This document shows positions 12,011 to 23,925 of a stretch of 64,000 nucleotides of DNA, in pieces. Where the stretch lies: assembly GCA_003971905.1 (NCBI GenBank), contig RSEE01000121.1:62001-126000 (forward strand), given 5' to 3'. A program made the position numbers and the translations under genes. Below the pieces are notes generated by a model. That model had not been told where the DNA came from, made no database searches, and was given only the letters and a program-made list of their open reading frames with translations. Within the stretch, counting starts at the first letter, position 1. Each line of letters starts with the position of its first letter. Source of the stretch: Moniliella sp. 'wahieum' (Eukaryota).

Positions 12011-13931
12011 CCTGGCAACCGGAGCGTACGTGTCAGAGTATTCCACCCTTCGACCTAGTTAAAACCGCGGACTACAAGTCAAGCCTTAAACCGGGTCACT
12101 TGCTCTACGCGGCGTCGCGCTTGACCTCAACGACCAGGGACTGGTCCAAGGCATCCACACGCGGTGTGCGATCGGCGCTGTGGGTCGAGTGGAGATCGAG
12201 GGAAGCAGGAGCGCCACCATCGACCATCCAAGAGAGAGGCCACAGGATCCCGTGGGCCACACTGGTCCGCTACAAATTTGAGGGAAATAGAATCGCTGGG
12301 ATGGGATGGATGTGGGCACAGGCAGGTGACCGGTGACATGGAAATGTGAACTGGGAACTCTTAACCCTGACATCACATGTGACTTGTGTGACCAAGCGAC
12401 CATGAGTAACTCTAGCAACGCGTGACGCATAGTAGGAGGGTCTGGGGGGGAGCGAGGATCGGTGCACGAGAGAGGAAGCGACCGCGGTGCTAAAGAATTG
12501 GGTCGATGAGGGAGGACGCGAGGACGCGAGTTAAGAGTAGGGGTAGCTTGCTGCCGTCTGCGACCGGCTCCCGTTTGTTATTTCTCAGACTGAGTACTGA
12601 GTTGGAGTATTACTGAGACTGAGGACTGAGGCTCGGCCGCAGAGGCTGGCGGAGAGAAAGGGTGGGGGGAATCTAGGAGGATCTAGGTTTTAGTAGTGCT
12701 GCATCCTCGTGCATCAGACACTAGTATGCTGGCTGCGCCCATGCAGCATCCCGACGGTCCCGATTGTCCGATCTGGGATCTGAGATGGAATATCTCAGTC
12801 TGAGATCGGAAACTACCACCCAGGTACCCACGGCAGGATGGAGAATCGATAGTGGGCGATCGATGACATGGATGGATGATGCATGACATTGATGGTCGCT
12901 GGAATCGATGTTGGATTGAGCAAGCCTTCGTTCGCCAGGAGCACAAAGGCAAGGAACTGGGGGGCCCAAGCAGTGGTCAAGCGTGCTATCCATTCCCAAC
13001 CAGCCAGGGAGGCATGAAGCTTGAAGCCTTGGTAATGCATAATGGCAAATCCAAATGCGCTTGATGTGGTATTCGATGGAAGGGTGACAGTGTCAGATCC
13101 AACAGATGGGTTTGGTGTGTGAGGGTGGCGGTGTTCGAGGGGTGCTGGACGCCACCGGGCGCGTTCTTTGCATGTCACAGTCGCATGCGTCTCAGCACGT
13201 GCCTCAGGCTGAGGCCGCAGAACGTTACACGTTAAACGCTGTCTTCTGACTCATGCATGATCTCATGGCCCAGATCCCTGTCCCATGTTCCATCGGCCAG
13301 ACGAACCAGCCACTGGGCCGCTGGGTACTAGCTGTGCTGGGCACACTCACAGGTGCTGTCACCTGTCACATGTCACACCGAGGCCCTTTTGCCACCGCCA
13401 TCTCCATCGCACACATCCCACACATCCTACACCCCAACGCCACCCACGCCGCTCCTTGCCAGCCGTGGGGCGTCTGCGCCTCAGCGCTGCTGCGTACTGC
13501 TCTGCGAAGCCAGATCCCACATCTCCCAGTTGTTCCAGACACGGCCTCGGCCACACGGCCCGTCTACAAACCATCCCATGGCTGCGTCACCCACCCAGAC
13601 GCAGAGCGACACGGTTGCACTCCGCCTCTGCTCCCGCTCGGAACCGCGCCGGGTACGACAGTAGCCAGGGATAGCCGCATGCACTGCCCAGCTGCGAGGG
13701 TCTGCGGTGAGCGCTGAGCTAGAGAGAAGCACTGGGTACGAGTGGCCTAATGCCGTCTGTCGTTACCAGTTACCGACTACCGGGGACCGAGCACCCTGGC
13801 TGGGGTGCGTCATGCGGGTCAGGACTCAGTTCAGCCACGACGTACCCACCGTCCGCAACCCCCATCCGAGTGTCTCGCCCCTCGCCGCCCTCCGATCGAC
13901 ACGGCCCGCACACAGCCCACAGCACCTCGCG

Positions 13932-14008
13932 CTCTCTGTCTCTCTCTGTCTCTCTCTGTCTCTCTCTGTCTCCCTCTGTCTCTCTCTGTCTCTCTCTGTC
14001 TCTCTCTG
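13932..14008 (+). repeat. (CTCTCTGT/CT)n microsatellite upstream of the C2H2 gene
   Basis: Directly visible CT-rich tandem repeat. Confidence 0.9.
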
Positions 14009-14125
14009 CCCCGCCACCATCCGCCCCTCCGCGCCTCTTCTCTTCTCCGCCGTAAGCAACACCGCCCCCACTCCCGCCCAGACCGACGCGGGCCGCGCAC
14101 TCCCACCCGCACCGGCGACACCACC

Positions 14126-17100
14126 ATGCGCGGCCATCCATCCGTCAGCAGCCTCTTTGCTCTCCCCGCGCCCAGCCCTGGCGCCGCCCCCACCGTCGAC
14201 GCCAAAGCCGCCCGCCCGCCGTCCCCAGCCGTGGCCATGGCCAGCACCGTCCCTCCCATCGGCCCCGCCCCGGCGCCCCGTCGCCCCGACCTCCGTCCGC
14301 TCCAGCACACCCACCCGTCCTCTGCCTCCTCCTTCTCCTCCTCCTCCGCCTCCGCCTCCTCCCGGCCATCATGGGCCATGCCCAGCTCCTCCTCCCTCTC
14401 CTCCTACAGCACCAGCGCCAGCTCCAACCCCCATCTCCTCCACGCCTCCTCCTCTTCCGTCTCCACCATCGCCACGCCGCCCCTCCGCACCGACCCCGGC
14501 CAGCTCACGCCCCGCTTCCACCCACCCGTCTCCCCTGCCCAGGCATTCACCAAACTCAAGGCCGAGACCGCCGCCCGCCGAGCCGAGGCCAACGCTCCCG
14601 CCACCAAGCGTCTCCGCTACACGCCCGCCGGCCCTGCCTTCACTCCCTCTGCGGGGCAGCCCCCGCTCACTCCCGTCCCCGCCGCCGTGATGGGCGTTGG
14701 TCCTGGGCCGACGACTCCGCTGCCGCCGAGCTATGTCTCCACGACCGAGGCAGCTGGTGGGGCAGAGGAAGCTCCGCTTTCCACGCCCACACCGGGACTT
14801 GCTGGCTGGCCGGCATCCGGTCCGACGACCCATCATACAAGCGCCAGCTCCAGCGCCCCGATGGATTACTTTAGCTTTCCTGGCGGCACCCAGCCAACCC
14901 GGTGGGCCCACCGAGGCGCCGGCGCATCCGCCTTCCTCGCCCCCGTCGGACCCGCCTCGGCGCCCGCTGCGCCCGCGGTGCCGCCCACCGTCCATCCCAC
15001 CGGCCCCAGCCCCAGTCCTGCATCCGTCCACACCACCTACTCCGACGCTGCATCCGATGCGCCGAACGGACTCGCCTTTCCTCGTCCTACCCCCCACCCA
15101 CGCAGTCACACCGACCCGCACCTTCCCGCCCACCCGACCCCCTTGCCCCGCGCCTTTGCCCACCCCGTACCCCCATCCTCAGGCCAAGGCCAGGGCCAGG
15201 GCGAGCCCTTGCCTCCCCCGGCGCCGAGCCAGGCCGCCGCGCAGTACCGCCCTTCGGTGCTGTACGACGCCCAGGGCACCTCGGCCATGTTCTCTGTGGC
15301 TGGGGGCAGCAGTACCACTGCCCCCTATGCCGATCCGCCGCCCCCTGCTCCCTATGCCGATCCACTGCCCCCTGCCCCGCTGGGCAAGCCAGCAGCGTCG
15401 TACCATGTTGGCGAGCCGAGCTGCATCGGGTACGCTTCTTCCGCCCCCTCGGCCGTCTCGCCCGCCCAGACAACCCAGCCGAGCCCCATGTCGGATCCCC
15501 GCCCGCACCCACACCCACTCCCTCACCCGCACCAGCACCCACACTCGGTTCCCCCTACGTCTGCTGTGCCTCCCTCGTCCCTCCGCCCGCCCTCGGACCC
15601 CCCGCCGCCCTGGCCCACGATCCGCCCGCGCCGCTCTACCCCGCCGAATCCTGGCGATGGGAGCCCGAGGCCCCAGCGCACCACTCTTTTCCGCCCTCTC
15701 CGTCGTGGCAGGCCCAGCCGGTGGCGTCGGTCACTGGCCATGGGGGCCATGGAGGGCACGGGAATGGGAATGGGTACACTCTGGCGGATACCACGGCGGA
15801 TGCCCCCGCCCCTACCCCCGCCCCCGCTTGGGCTAGCGGTCCACTTCAGTCGACGCAACTTGACCCTGCATCTTCCGAAGCGTACATGGAGTCCCGCGCG
15901 TACCGCCCCCCTGCGCCAGCGACGCTCGCCTCCCCGTTCGCCACCTACGCAGTCCCCCCTGCACACCCAGGTACGCAGGCAGCTTCCTCTCGTGCTAACT
16001 GGGCGCCAACCTCTTGTGTGCAGTCTTGGTTGGGCTCCCCAAGGCCCACCTAGCCTGCCTTCAATGTTCGTGCGGATCCATACTGACCTGCTTCTCTGCC
16101 TCTTTTGCTTGGGAATTGGAATTCTGCATGGCGTAGCTTCCGTCCCAGGTCCCAGTCCGAACGGTTACTCTGCCTTGCCTGCATCGCATGCGCATGCGCA
16201 TCCACCTCCGCCGCCGCCTCCACAGAACCGGCCCAAGATGGCCCCTGTGTTGGTCAAGGGAACGAAACGGTACCCGTGTGGCTGGCCCGGGTGCAGTTTG
16301 ACGTTCAGCACGACGGGCCATGCTGGACGTCACTGGCGCACCACGCACGGGGCCTTAAGACGGTTTCGATGTCTGTTTCATCCCTGTGGGTCGCGGTTCA
16401 CGAGACAAGACAATGCCTTGGCGCATTACCGCGAAAAGCACGTCGAAGCAGCGCGACAACGAATGGAGGAGATGATTGCGCTGCGTGCGCGCTCGGGCTC
16501 TTTAGCTTCCTCTGCCGATGGGGACCCGCTCGATGGCACCGGCACCGTGTCCCTCGCCTTGGCCCCGGCGTTGCGCCAGGCAACCCACGACTTTCGCCAA
16601 GCGTTCCTCCATCTTAATCGGAAAACGGCAATTGGGATCTTGGATGAAAACATGTTACGCCGCCAGGGCGTGGAGCAGGTGATCCGCACACTGGGTCAAC
16701 CGTACCACCGTCCTCCTCCGATCCCCATAGACGGTCTCCCACCTCCCGGGACGCTAATGGACGAAGAGCAAGACGAACCTGTGACCGCACCTCGCTCCCC
16801 GCACTCTGATCCGGCTGGCAAGTCGACCGCTCCTCATTGGACCGGTCCCTTGGTCCCCGACACTCGGGCGCCACTTACCACCCACCTCGCCTTACCGGAC
16901 CATGCGACGCGGTACCCGGCCGAGCCAAGTCTGGACCAAGACCAAAACCAAGACCTGGACCAGGACCGAGTCTGGTCCAACGCCCATCCCATCCCGCCTA
17001 TCCCGCCCTTACGCCGACGGAAGAACGAGCGGCCGTTGTGCCCCCCGCCTTGGGCCCGCTTGGAACCTCCCCTGAGCCAAGGGGGGAGACTGGTACCGCA

Positions 17101-17277
17101 ACCTTCAACCGCCCGTGGCAGGGACCGACCGTCGTCGTCCGCGCCGCTACGTCTTGCTCTCCTCTGTACTCGGTACTCAGTACTCGGTACTCAATACTCG
17201 GTACTCAGTGGCGCATGTGGACCGGGAGTGGTGGTGGGTACGGTTTGGATGGTTGGCCGCTGCTTAGTAGGCGTTAA
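14126..17277 (+). CDS. Nrg1-like two-finger C2H2 transcription factor with long Pro/Ser-rich N-terminus; intron from about 15971; 3' end approximate
   Basis: YPCGWPGCSLTFSTTGHAGRHWRTTH and FRCLFHPCGSRFTRQDNALAHYREKH resemble the Nrg1-family fingers (FTTSGHLARH / RFSRxDNxxQH). Confidence 0.7.
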
Positions 17278-19040
17278 GCCTGAGCCTCAGGTCTGCGCGG
17301 TGCGCCGCCTTGTGCGCCCTGCTTTGCGGCTGCTCTTGCAAGGGCGTGAGGGTGAGGCCCAAGGCGCAGGACTGGTTCCCAGTTGCATGCGTCCCCCCGC
17401 CTCCACTTCTTCCCTGGGTTGAACCTTGAACCGTTTCGGTACACCCCTTCAGCTCGTCTGTGCTGGTCCGGGGGAGGGCAAGGGGGGGGGGGGGCTTCGC
17501 ATGCTTTCTGCCCTGTACCACAACACGGATATCTTCTCATTCGTTCGTTCGTGCGTTCGTTCGCTTGTGCATTCGTTCGCTCGCTCGCTCGTTCGTTGGT
17601 GTGCAACGTTGAGAACCGATAGAGTCTCTGTTCTGCACGTTTTGTTTCTTGTTTCTTGTTTCTTGTTTGTCTCTCGTCCCCTCTGCCTCGCTCCCTGCAC
17701 TGTACCTGGCACCTGTCCTGCTTTGCCATCCCCCCGCCTCGCGTATTTCCTATTTCCTCCTGCCGTGTGTCCTGTTTTTCGCGCGCCCCGCACATCGCCC
17801 CCCCCAACTGAACTCAACGGTTAAACGTTGAACGTATTGTCAAGAACGCTAATCTATTATCCTGTACCGTCTGGTTTCGTATCATATCATGCATTTTTCG
17901 CTTCCCATACTGCGGGTGGAGCGTGGATCTGCGCCCCTCGCCCCTCGCCCCTTGCCCCTTGCCCCTTGCTTGCAACTCAGGGACCCCCCATCTCTAGTAT
18001 CATCTATCATCTATCATCCCTAACCACCATGATCCCTATATCTGCCCAAGGCGGCAAGCGCCCGCAGGACATACATGGAACGGCCTTGTTGTGCGCCGCC
18101 ACCCAGCGTCCCCAGTGCCATGGTGGAGGCGACGGAGTGGGCCACAGCCTGATGGGACGTGGCAAGCGTGTTCTCCCTCCCGATCCCGATCCCGATCCCC
18201 ATCGCCTAATCCCGAACCGGAGGACGCCGATACGGTGGTCACGGTCGACCGACTAGCGCGGGAGATGGCAGTTGAAGCGCTGGCGGTAGATGAGCGCGAG
18301 GCCGGGCTCAGGTCCAAGTGCCGGCTCGGGGAGCCCAATTGGTCCAGCCGGGTGCGGGAGCTGGAGCGGGGCAGGAGCTGGAGCTGGAGCTGGAGCGGGG
18401 CAGGAGGGCTAGGCCAGCGTGGCGTGTTGCTCGGCCAACACTGCTTCGGCATGATACGCATGCAGTGGGCTGTACTATGGTTGACGAAGGAGGCGGAGAT
18501 TCCAATGGATTGTGGCCCGGGGGAAACCCACGAAGAACTATTGCAAAGATGTAGTAGGTAGTGAAGGAGAAACAATGCAGCAGAGGGATAATGGGGGAAA
18601 GCAAAAAGGATTGGGGGAGCCAGTGCCAAAAGAGAGGAGGCTGCTCCCGCCGCGCCAGTGGCCATCAAAAGCGAAAAAACGAACGAGATGAGCTGACCCA
18701 ACATCATTATCGGGAGAGCGCAGCGCGCATGGGAAGGAAAAGGGAAGTGTGTTAGGGGCAAACATCTCGTCAAGGCTACGTAGGGTCGGTGGCCACCTCT
18801 CTCGACTATCGGACATGGTACACGATCGCTCGACGATCATGCCTATACGTTAGGGGTTGGGCATGAGCTAGTCATCTTCTCATTTCGCGATCATCAACTT
18901 CAACTTTTTTTACAAGTCGGAGTCGATCGAGTCAGACCTGTGTGATTTGCGGCTCATGCATCAGCGCAACAGTGCATCAGTGTCCATATAAGTGTGCCCG
19001 CGTATAAATATCGGCGACATCAAAAATAGCTCACCCACCT

Positions 19041-19594
19041 ATGCATTCTCTCGAGAATCTCCGTCCAACCAGCCTCGTTACTCCCACGTATATCCCCCTC
19101 CTGCCACCCCCTATGTCTACACACCGCTCAAGATGGAGATGAAGCTGCCTTGCGAAGGGTACAGCGTGCAGGACCTGGCCGCCGACTTTCCCGTTCCAAA
19201 CCGAAACATACTGGTCCACGTTCTCAATGGCCTCGGCCCCGCGGCGGAAAAGCAGTGGGAGTTTGCGATCGACAAATACGGGCATCCGATGGTCCATCCC
19301 ATTTCTTCCCAAGTACCAGACCAAGAAAGAATTGGCCTTCTCCAAGCCGAGGCTCAGCAACGCATGGGTCTGACGGAGGGATGGGCCTTTTTGGAAGTCT
19401 ACACCGACGACAACACCTGGCAGAGAGAGTTGGAGGACAACAACGACGACCCAGATCAGCCCCTGCGCACAGGGCTGCTGCCAGAGTTGATGAATCTCCT
19501 GGACCAAACATGCGATTGTTGGATCTCCCTTCCGGACTCAGAGCCCGACTCGATCAAATCAGAAGATGAGGGTGTTACATCTTCCAAACTCTGA
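19041..19594 (+). CDS. Orphan tandem-family gene, copy 1; ends in SKL (PTS1)
   Basis: TATAAATA at 19003 and ATG at 19041 (MHSLENLRP..). One base is missing near 19120 relative to copy 3. Core DLAADFPVPNRNILVHVL..FLEVYTDDNTWQRELED; ends EGVTSSKL*. Confidence 0.6.
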
Positions 19595-21328
19595 TTCCTT
19601 GATTCTCATCTTCGTCTTTTATTCTCCCCTGCCAGACAGTGCAGTGGTTCTTCCGGACCAAGTTGCCATTTGCGATTCCATTTACCCTTGAAGCATCATG
19701 GATATACCATGGGCGGACGTTATACTGGGGCCTGTGAACCATATATAGTTAAAGGGTGCTTTCCCATATTGTACCGTTGGGGTGCCCGGAACGCGGGGGG
19801 CAGAGGGGCAGGGGAGGGGTTCATGGCAGCGAGTAGTAGAGAGGGGGAGGCGAAGAGTATATGAATAGTGATGGCAATCTCCAAGTCCAACGAGGGTTTT
19901 CCTGCAGCATAAAAGGGATGGTGATTTTGGGCAAAAAGAGGGACGGGAGGGGGCCTGAGAGACAGATCAGGTGGAGCAACACCCGACTGGCCAATGACCT
20001 CGATGATCATCGCACCGCCACTTGCGGTTTTGCTCTGATTTTCATTGGGTGGCGCAAGCGCCTTCATGCAAACGCTCACAGAGGACATGGAACGATCATA
20101 CCTAATCAACAAACAATTCAGCTGAGAGCACCACTGTCATTCCCATGGCTCATCGAGATCATCAGCCCCACGTTGTGGAGGGGAAGGGTATCATTCCAGC
20201 CGGCCCTCCTCCATGATATATATGAGACCGGACACTCTATATACCGGAGGTAAACCAACCGTTGGGCGCTTGGGTTGGTAGACAAGTTTTGTTGGTACGT
20301 GCAAGGGACGGTATACGGATGATAGCTTGCTCAGCTGGCTCCGTATCCACACCCTCACGGGGCCACTCAGCGCCCGCTCCGCTCAGCCCGAGCGCACCCC
20401 CCTCTTCCCCTCTTACTTAGTCTCCTTACCACCGCAACGCTTTTTGCTCTGTTCCTGACCTCGGTCCCGCTCATTGATACTACCAGCCTTTTCAAGAGGG
20501 CTCTTGCCCCTGTAGAACAACTGTGTTCGCCCCGTCCGATGCGTAGCCAGTTTGAACTTCCCAGCAGTTGGACCGTCTGGAGCCATCGTGGAGGAAGGCA
20601 CACCCCTCACTTTGTGTAGATACCAAGGATGTGCCGTGACCAGATGTAGGCCCAAAACGTGCTGTGCACAAGAGAGGATACTGCGTCCGCGTTGACCAAG
20701 GGAACAAACGAACGAGATGAGCGCTCTGAGATCTGACCCAACATACTATAGGAGCACGGCGCTGTCAGTGGAAAGGAAAAGGCGGATGCGTTGGGAGCGA
20801 AAACTTCTCGCCAAGGATACGTATAGAGTTGGTGGCCACCTGTAGTAGTAACTAGTAATACACGCTCTCTCTCGACGATCGTAACAATACGTTACGGGTT
20901 CAGTGGGAGTGAAATATGAGAAGTGACTAGTGACTAGTGACAGTAGTGACTAGTGAGATCATCTGAGAGCTTCTCAGGGTGCAAATCAAACAATGATTAC
21001 CTACTTCTCCTCAAGCACTGGAGGGGGAGGGTGCCAGTCCAGCCGGCCCTCCTATATGAGGCGGGAAGTGCACCGCGATCGGTGAAGCCAACCATGTGGC
21101 AACAGAACCTACTCCCAACGGCCACGGTGCAACACTCCTCAGGCGCCTCAGGAAGCCTCAACTTCAACTTCAAATGTTTTTGCGAGTCGATCGAGTCAGA
21201 AGACAGATCTGTGGGATGCGTGTAACTCATGCATCGGCGCATCAGCGCCATCAGCGTCGTGGTAGAAGTGTGCCCGCATATAAACAGCGGCTGCGGCATC
21301 ATGGTGCACCGATTAATCATCCCCTAGT

Positions 21329-22024
21329 ATGAGTTCTCTCGACATTCTCCGTCCAACCACCACCGTTGTCACTCCCACCAATGTCCCCTCCTGCCGTCCC
21401 CTATCTCTACACCGCTCGAGATGGAGATGAAGCTGCCTTCTGAATGGTACAGTGTGCAGGACCTGGCCGCCGACTTTCCCGTTCCAAACCGAAACATACT
21501 GGTCCACGTTCTCAACGGCCTCGGCCCCGCGGCGGAAAAGCAGTGGGAGTTTGCGATCGACAAATACGGGCATCCGATGGTCCATCCCATTTCTTCCCAA
21601 GTACCAGACCAAGAAAGAATTGGCCTTCTCCAAGCCGAGGCTCAGCAACGCATGGGTCTGACGGAGGGATGGGCCTTTTTGGAAGTCTACACCGACGACA
21701 ACACCTGGCAGAGAGAGTTGGAGGACAACAACGACGACCCAGATCAGCCCCTGCGCACCGGGCTGCTACCAGAGTTGATGAATCTCCTAAACGAAACATG
21801 CACTTGTTGGATATGGATTCCTGAATTAGAGCCCGAAGGCTCGATCGAGTAAGTTGAGGGTGCTGCATCCAAACTCTGATTCCCTGCTTAATACTTCAAT
21901 ACTAATAATCTTTTAACCTCCCCTGTGCAGTGAGTCTTCCGAGGAAGAAGATTGGCCGATTCCATTTACCATTCAAGCATCAAGCATTGATGGGACCTGG
22001 AGTCCTGATGGTCCTCGAGGGTGA
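21329..22024 (+). CDS. Orphan tandem-family gene, copy 2; predicted intron 21849-21930 giving an acidic C-terminal exon
   Basis: TATAAA at 21279 and ATG at 21329 (MSSLDILRP.., one indel), with the same core. GTAAGT donor, ACTAAT branch and TGCAG acceptor; the spliced frame reads IDESSEEEDWPIPFTIQASS..PRG*. Confidence 0.55.
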
Positions 22025-22872
22025 GGCAATCGCACTATTGGTGGTGTGGCAACTAGCAATGCCTACAGAGGACCATCAGACAGCGAGTCGCCCTCAGGGA
22101 CTAAGATGCGGGACAAGGAGAAAAACAGGAGAGGGAAAACAGCGGAACTCCTAGGCCTGAGGAGGAACTGAGAAGGGCATTGGCCAAAGCACGAGCCACC
22201 TAGCTCAACATGCATATACCACGGGCGGACTCTAACTCATGAGGACTGAGGCATGTGAACAATATCCAGTTACGCGGTGTTTTCCCCCCGCATTGTAATG
22301 GGGTGCCGGAATGGCGGGGACAGAGGGGGGCGGGAGAGGGGGTTCATCTCAGCGGGGTAGTAGAGAGGGAAAGGCGGGTGGCAACGTCCAAATCCAACGA
22401 GGGCTCTCCCACAGTACAAAATGGATGGTGGTTCATGCAGTGGGCAAAAAAGGGAGGGGAGTGGGCCGGCGAGAGACAGATGGGGTAGAGCACCACCCGA
22501 CTGATGACCTCCATGGGAACGAGATGAGCTGACCCAACATGATGGGAGCGCAGCGCGATATGTGAAGGAAAAGGGAAGTGTGTTAGGGGCAAACATCTCG
22601 TCAAGGCTACGTAGGGTCGGTGGCCACCTCTCTCGACTATCGGACATGGTACACGATCGCTCGACGATCATGCCTATACGTTAGGGGTTGGGCATGAGCT
22701 AGTCATCTTCTCATTTCGCGATCATCAACTTCAACTTTTTTTTACAAGTCGGAGTCGATCGAGTCAGACCTGTGTGATTTGCGGCTCATGCATCAGCGCA
22801 ACAGTGCATCAGTGTCCATATAAGTGTGCCCGCGTATAAATATCGGCGACATCAAAAATAGCTCACCCACCT

Positions 22873-23428
22873 ATGCATTCTCTCGAGAATCTCCGTCCAA
22901 CCAGCCTCGTTACTCCCACGTATATCCCCCTCCTGCCACCCCCTATGTCTACTACACCGCTCAAGATGGAGTTGAAGCTGCCTTGCGAAGGGTACAGCGT
23001 GCAGGACCTGGCCGCCGACTTTCCCGTTCCAAACCGAAACATACTGGTCCACGTTCTCAATGGCCTCGGCCCCGCGGCGGAAAAGCAGTGGGAGTTTGCG
23101 ATCGACAAATACGGGCATCCGATGGTCCATCCCATTTCTTCCCAAGTACCAGACCAAGAAAGAATTGGCCTTCTCCAAGCCGAGGCTCAGCAACGCATGG
23201 GTCTGACGGAGGGATGGGCCTTTTTGGAAGTCTACACCAACGACAACACCTGGCAGAGAGAGTTGGAGGACAACAACGACGACCCAGATCAGCCCCTGCG
23301 CACAGGGCTGCTGCCAGAGTTGATGAATCTCCTAAACCAAACATGCACTTGTTGGATATGGATTCCTGAATTAGAGCCCGACGGAAGACTCGATTGAGTA
23401 CGTTGAGGGTGCTGCATCCAAACTCTGA
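22873..23428 (+). CDS. Orphan tandem-family gene, copy 3 (copy-1 N-terminus, copy-2-type C-terminus)
   Basis: TATAAATA at 22835 and a 174-aa ORF to 23397. Removing one G near 23383 gives EPDEDSIEYVEGAASKL* ending at 23428. GTACGT donor at 23398. Confidence 0.6.
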
Positions 23429-23559
23429 TTCCCTGCTTAATCTCAATCTCAATGTTGTGTGCATTCCATTGACAGAGCTTAAGGCTGGGACAGGGGGAAC
23501 GCTACGTCTAAACCGAACCGTTCATCTTGCGGGGGTGTTTGGAAGCGCCACTAAGGTCA

Positions 23560-23925
23560 AGGAACCAGGGGGATTGCCAGGATATCAGGACCTTCCGGCT
23601 CTCGCCATCCGGTCCCGTACCCTAGGAAGCGCGTGTGGACACGGAGGAACGTGGTTGACATACGAGCGAGGAACTATTTCCACTGAGACTTAGTAGCCAA
23701 CTCCTTCCAATGCGCAAACAACTTGCCCGCCGTCTTGGTGCCATAGTATCCTCGCGTCGTCAAAACCAGGGGGAAAAACGGTTCTTGAGTGCGTCCCTGG
23801 TACTTGGCGTTCTTGTCGCATTCTGCTTGTTCAAGCAGCCGAATATATTGCGCTGGGAAACGCCTGTGCACTTTTTACATCAGCTGCCCCGTGCCGCGTT
23901 CCCAGCCACCCGCAGCCAGAGAATC
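23560..23925 (-). mobile_element. Relic of a restriction-like-endonuclease (CRE/Cnl1-like) non-LTR retrotransposon 3' end
   Basis: LLEQAECDKNAKYQG..FFPLVLTTRGYYG..W..FLARMSTTFLRVH fits the K-x-x-KY..F-x-P-x-V..T-x-G..G..R-x-S..L-x-R pattern at the end of RLE ORFs; homologous to 34950-35120. Confidence 0.55.

Noticed and set aside
13805..14125. N-terminal 107 aa of the 1205-aa ORF as real coding sequence
   Set aside because: It translates the CT microsatellite; the ACCATG at 14126 is the more plausible start.
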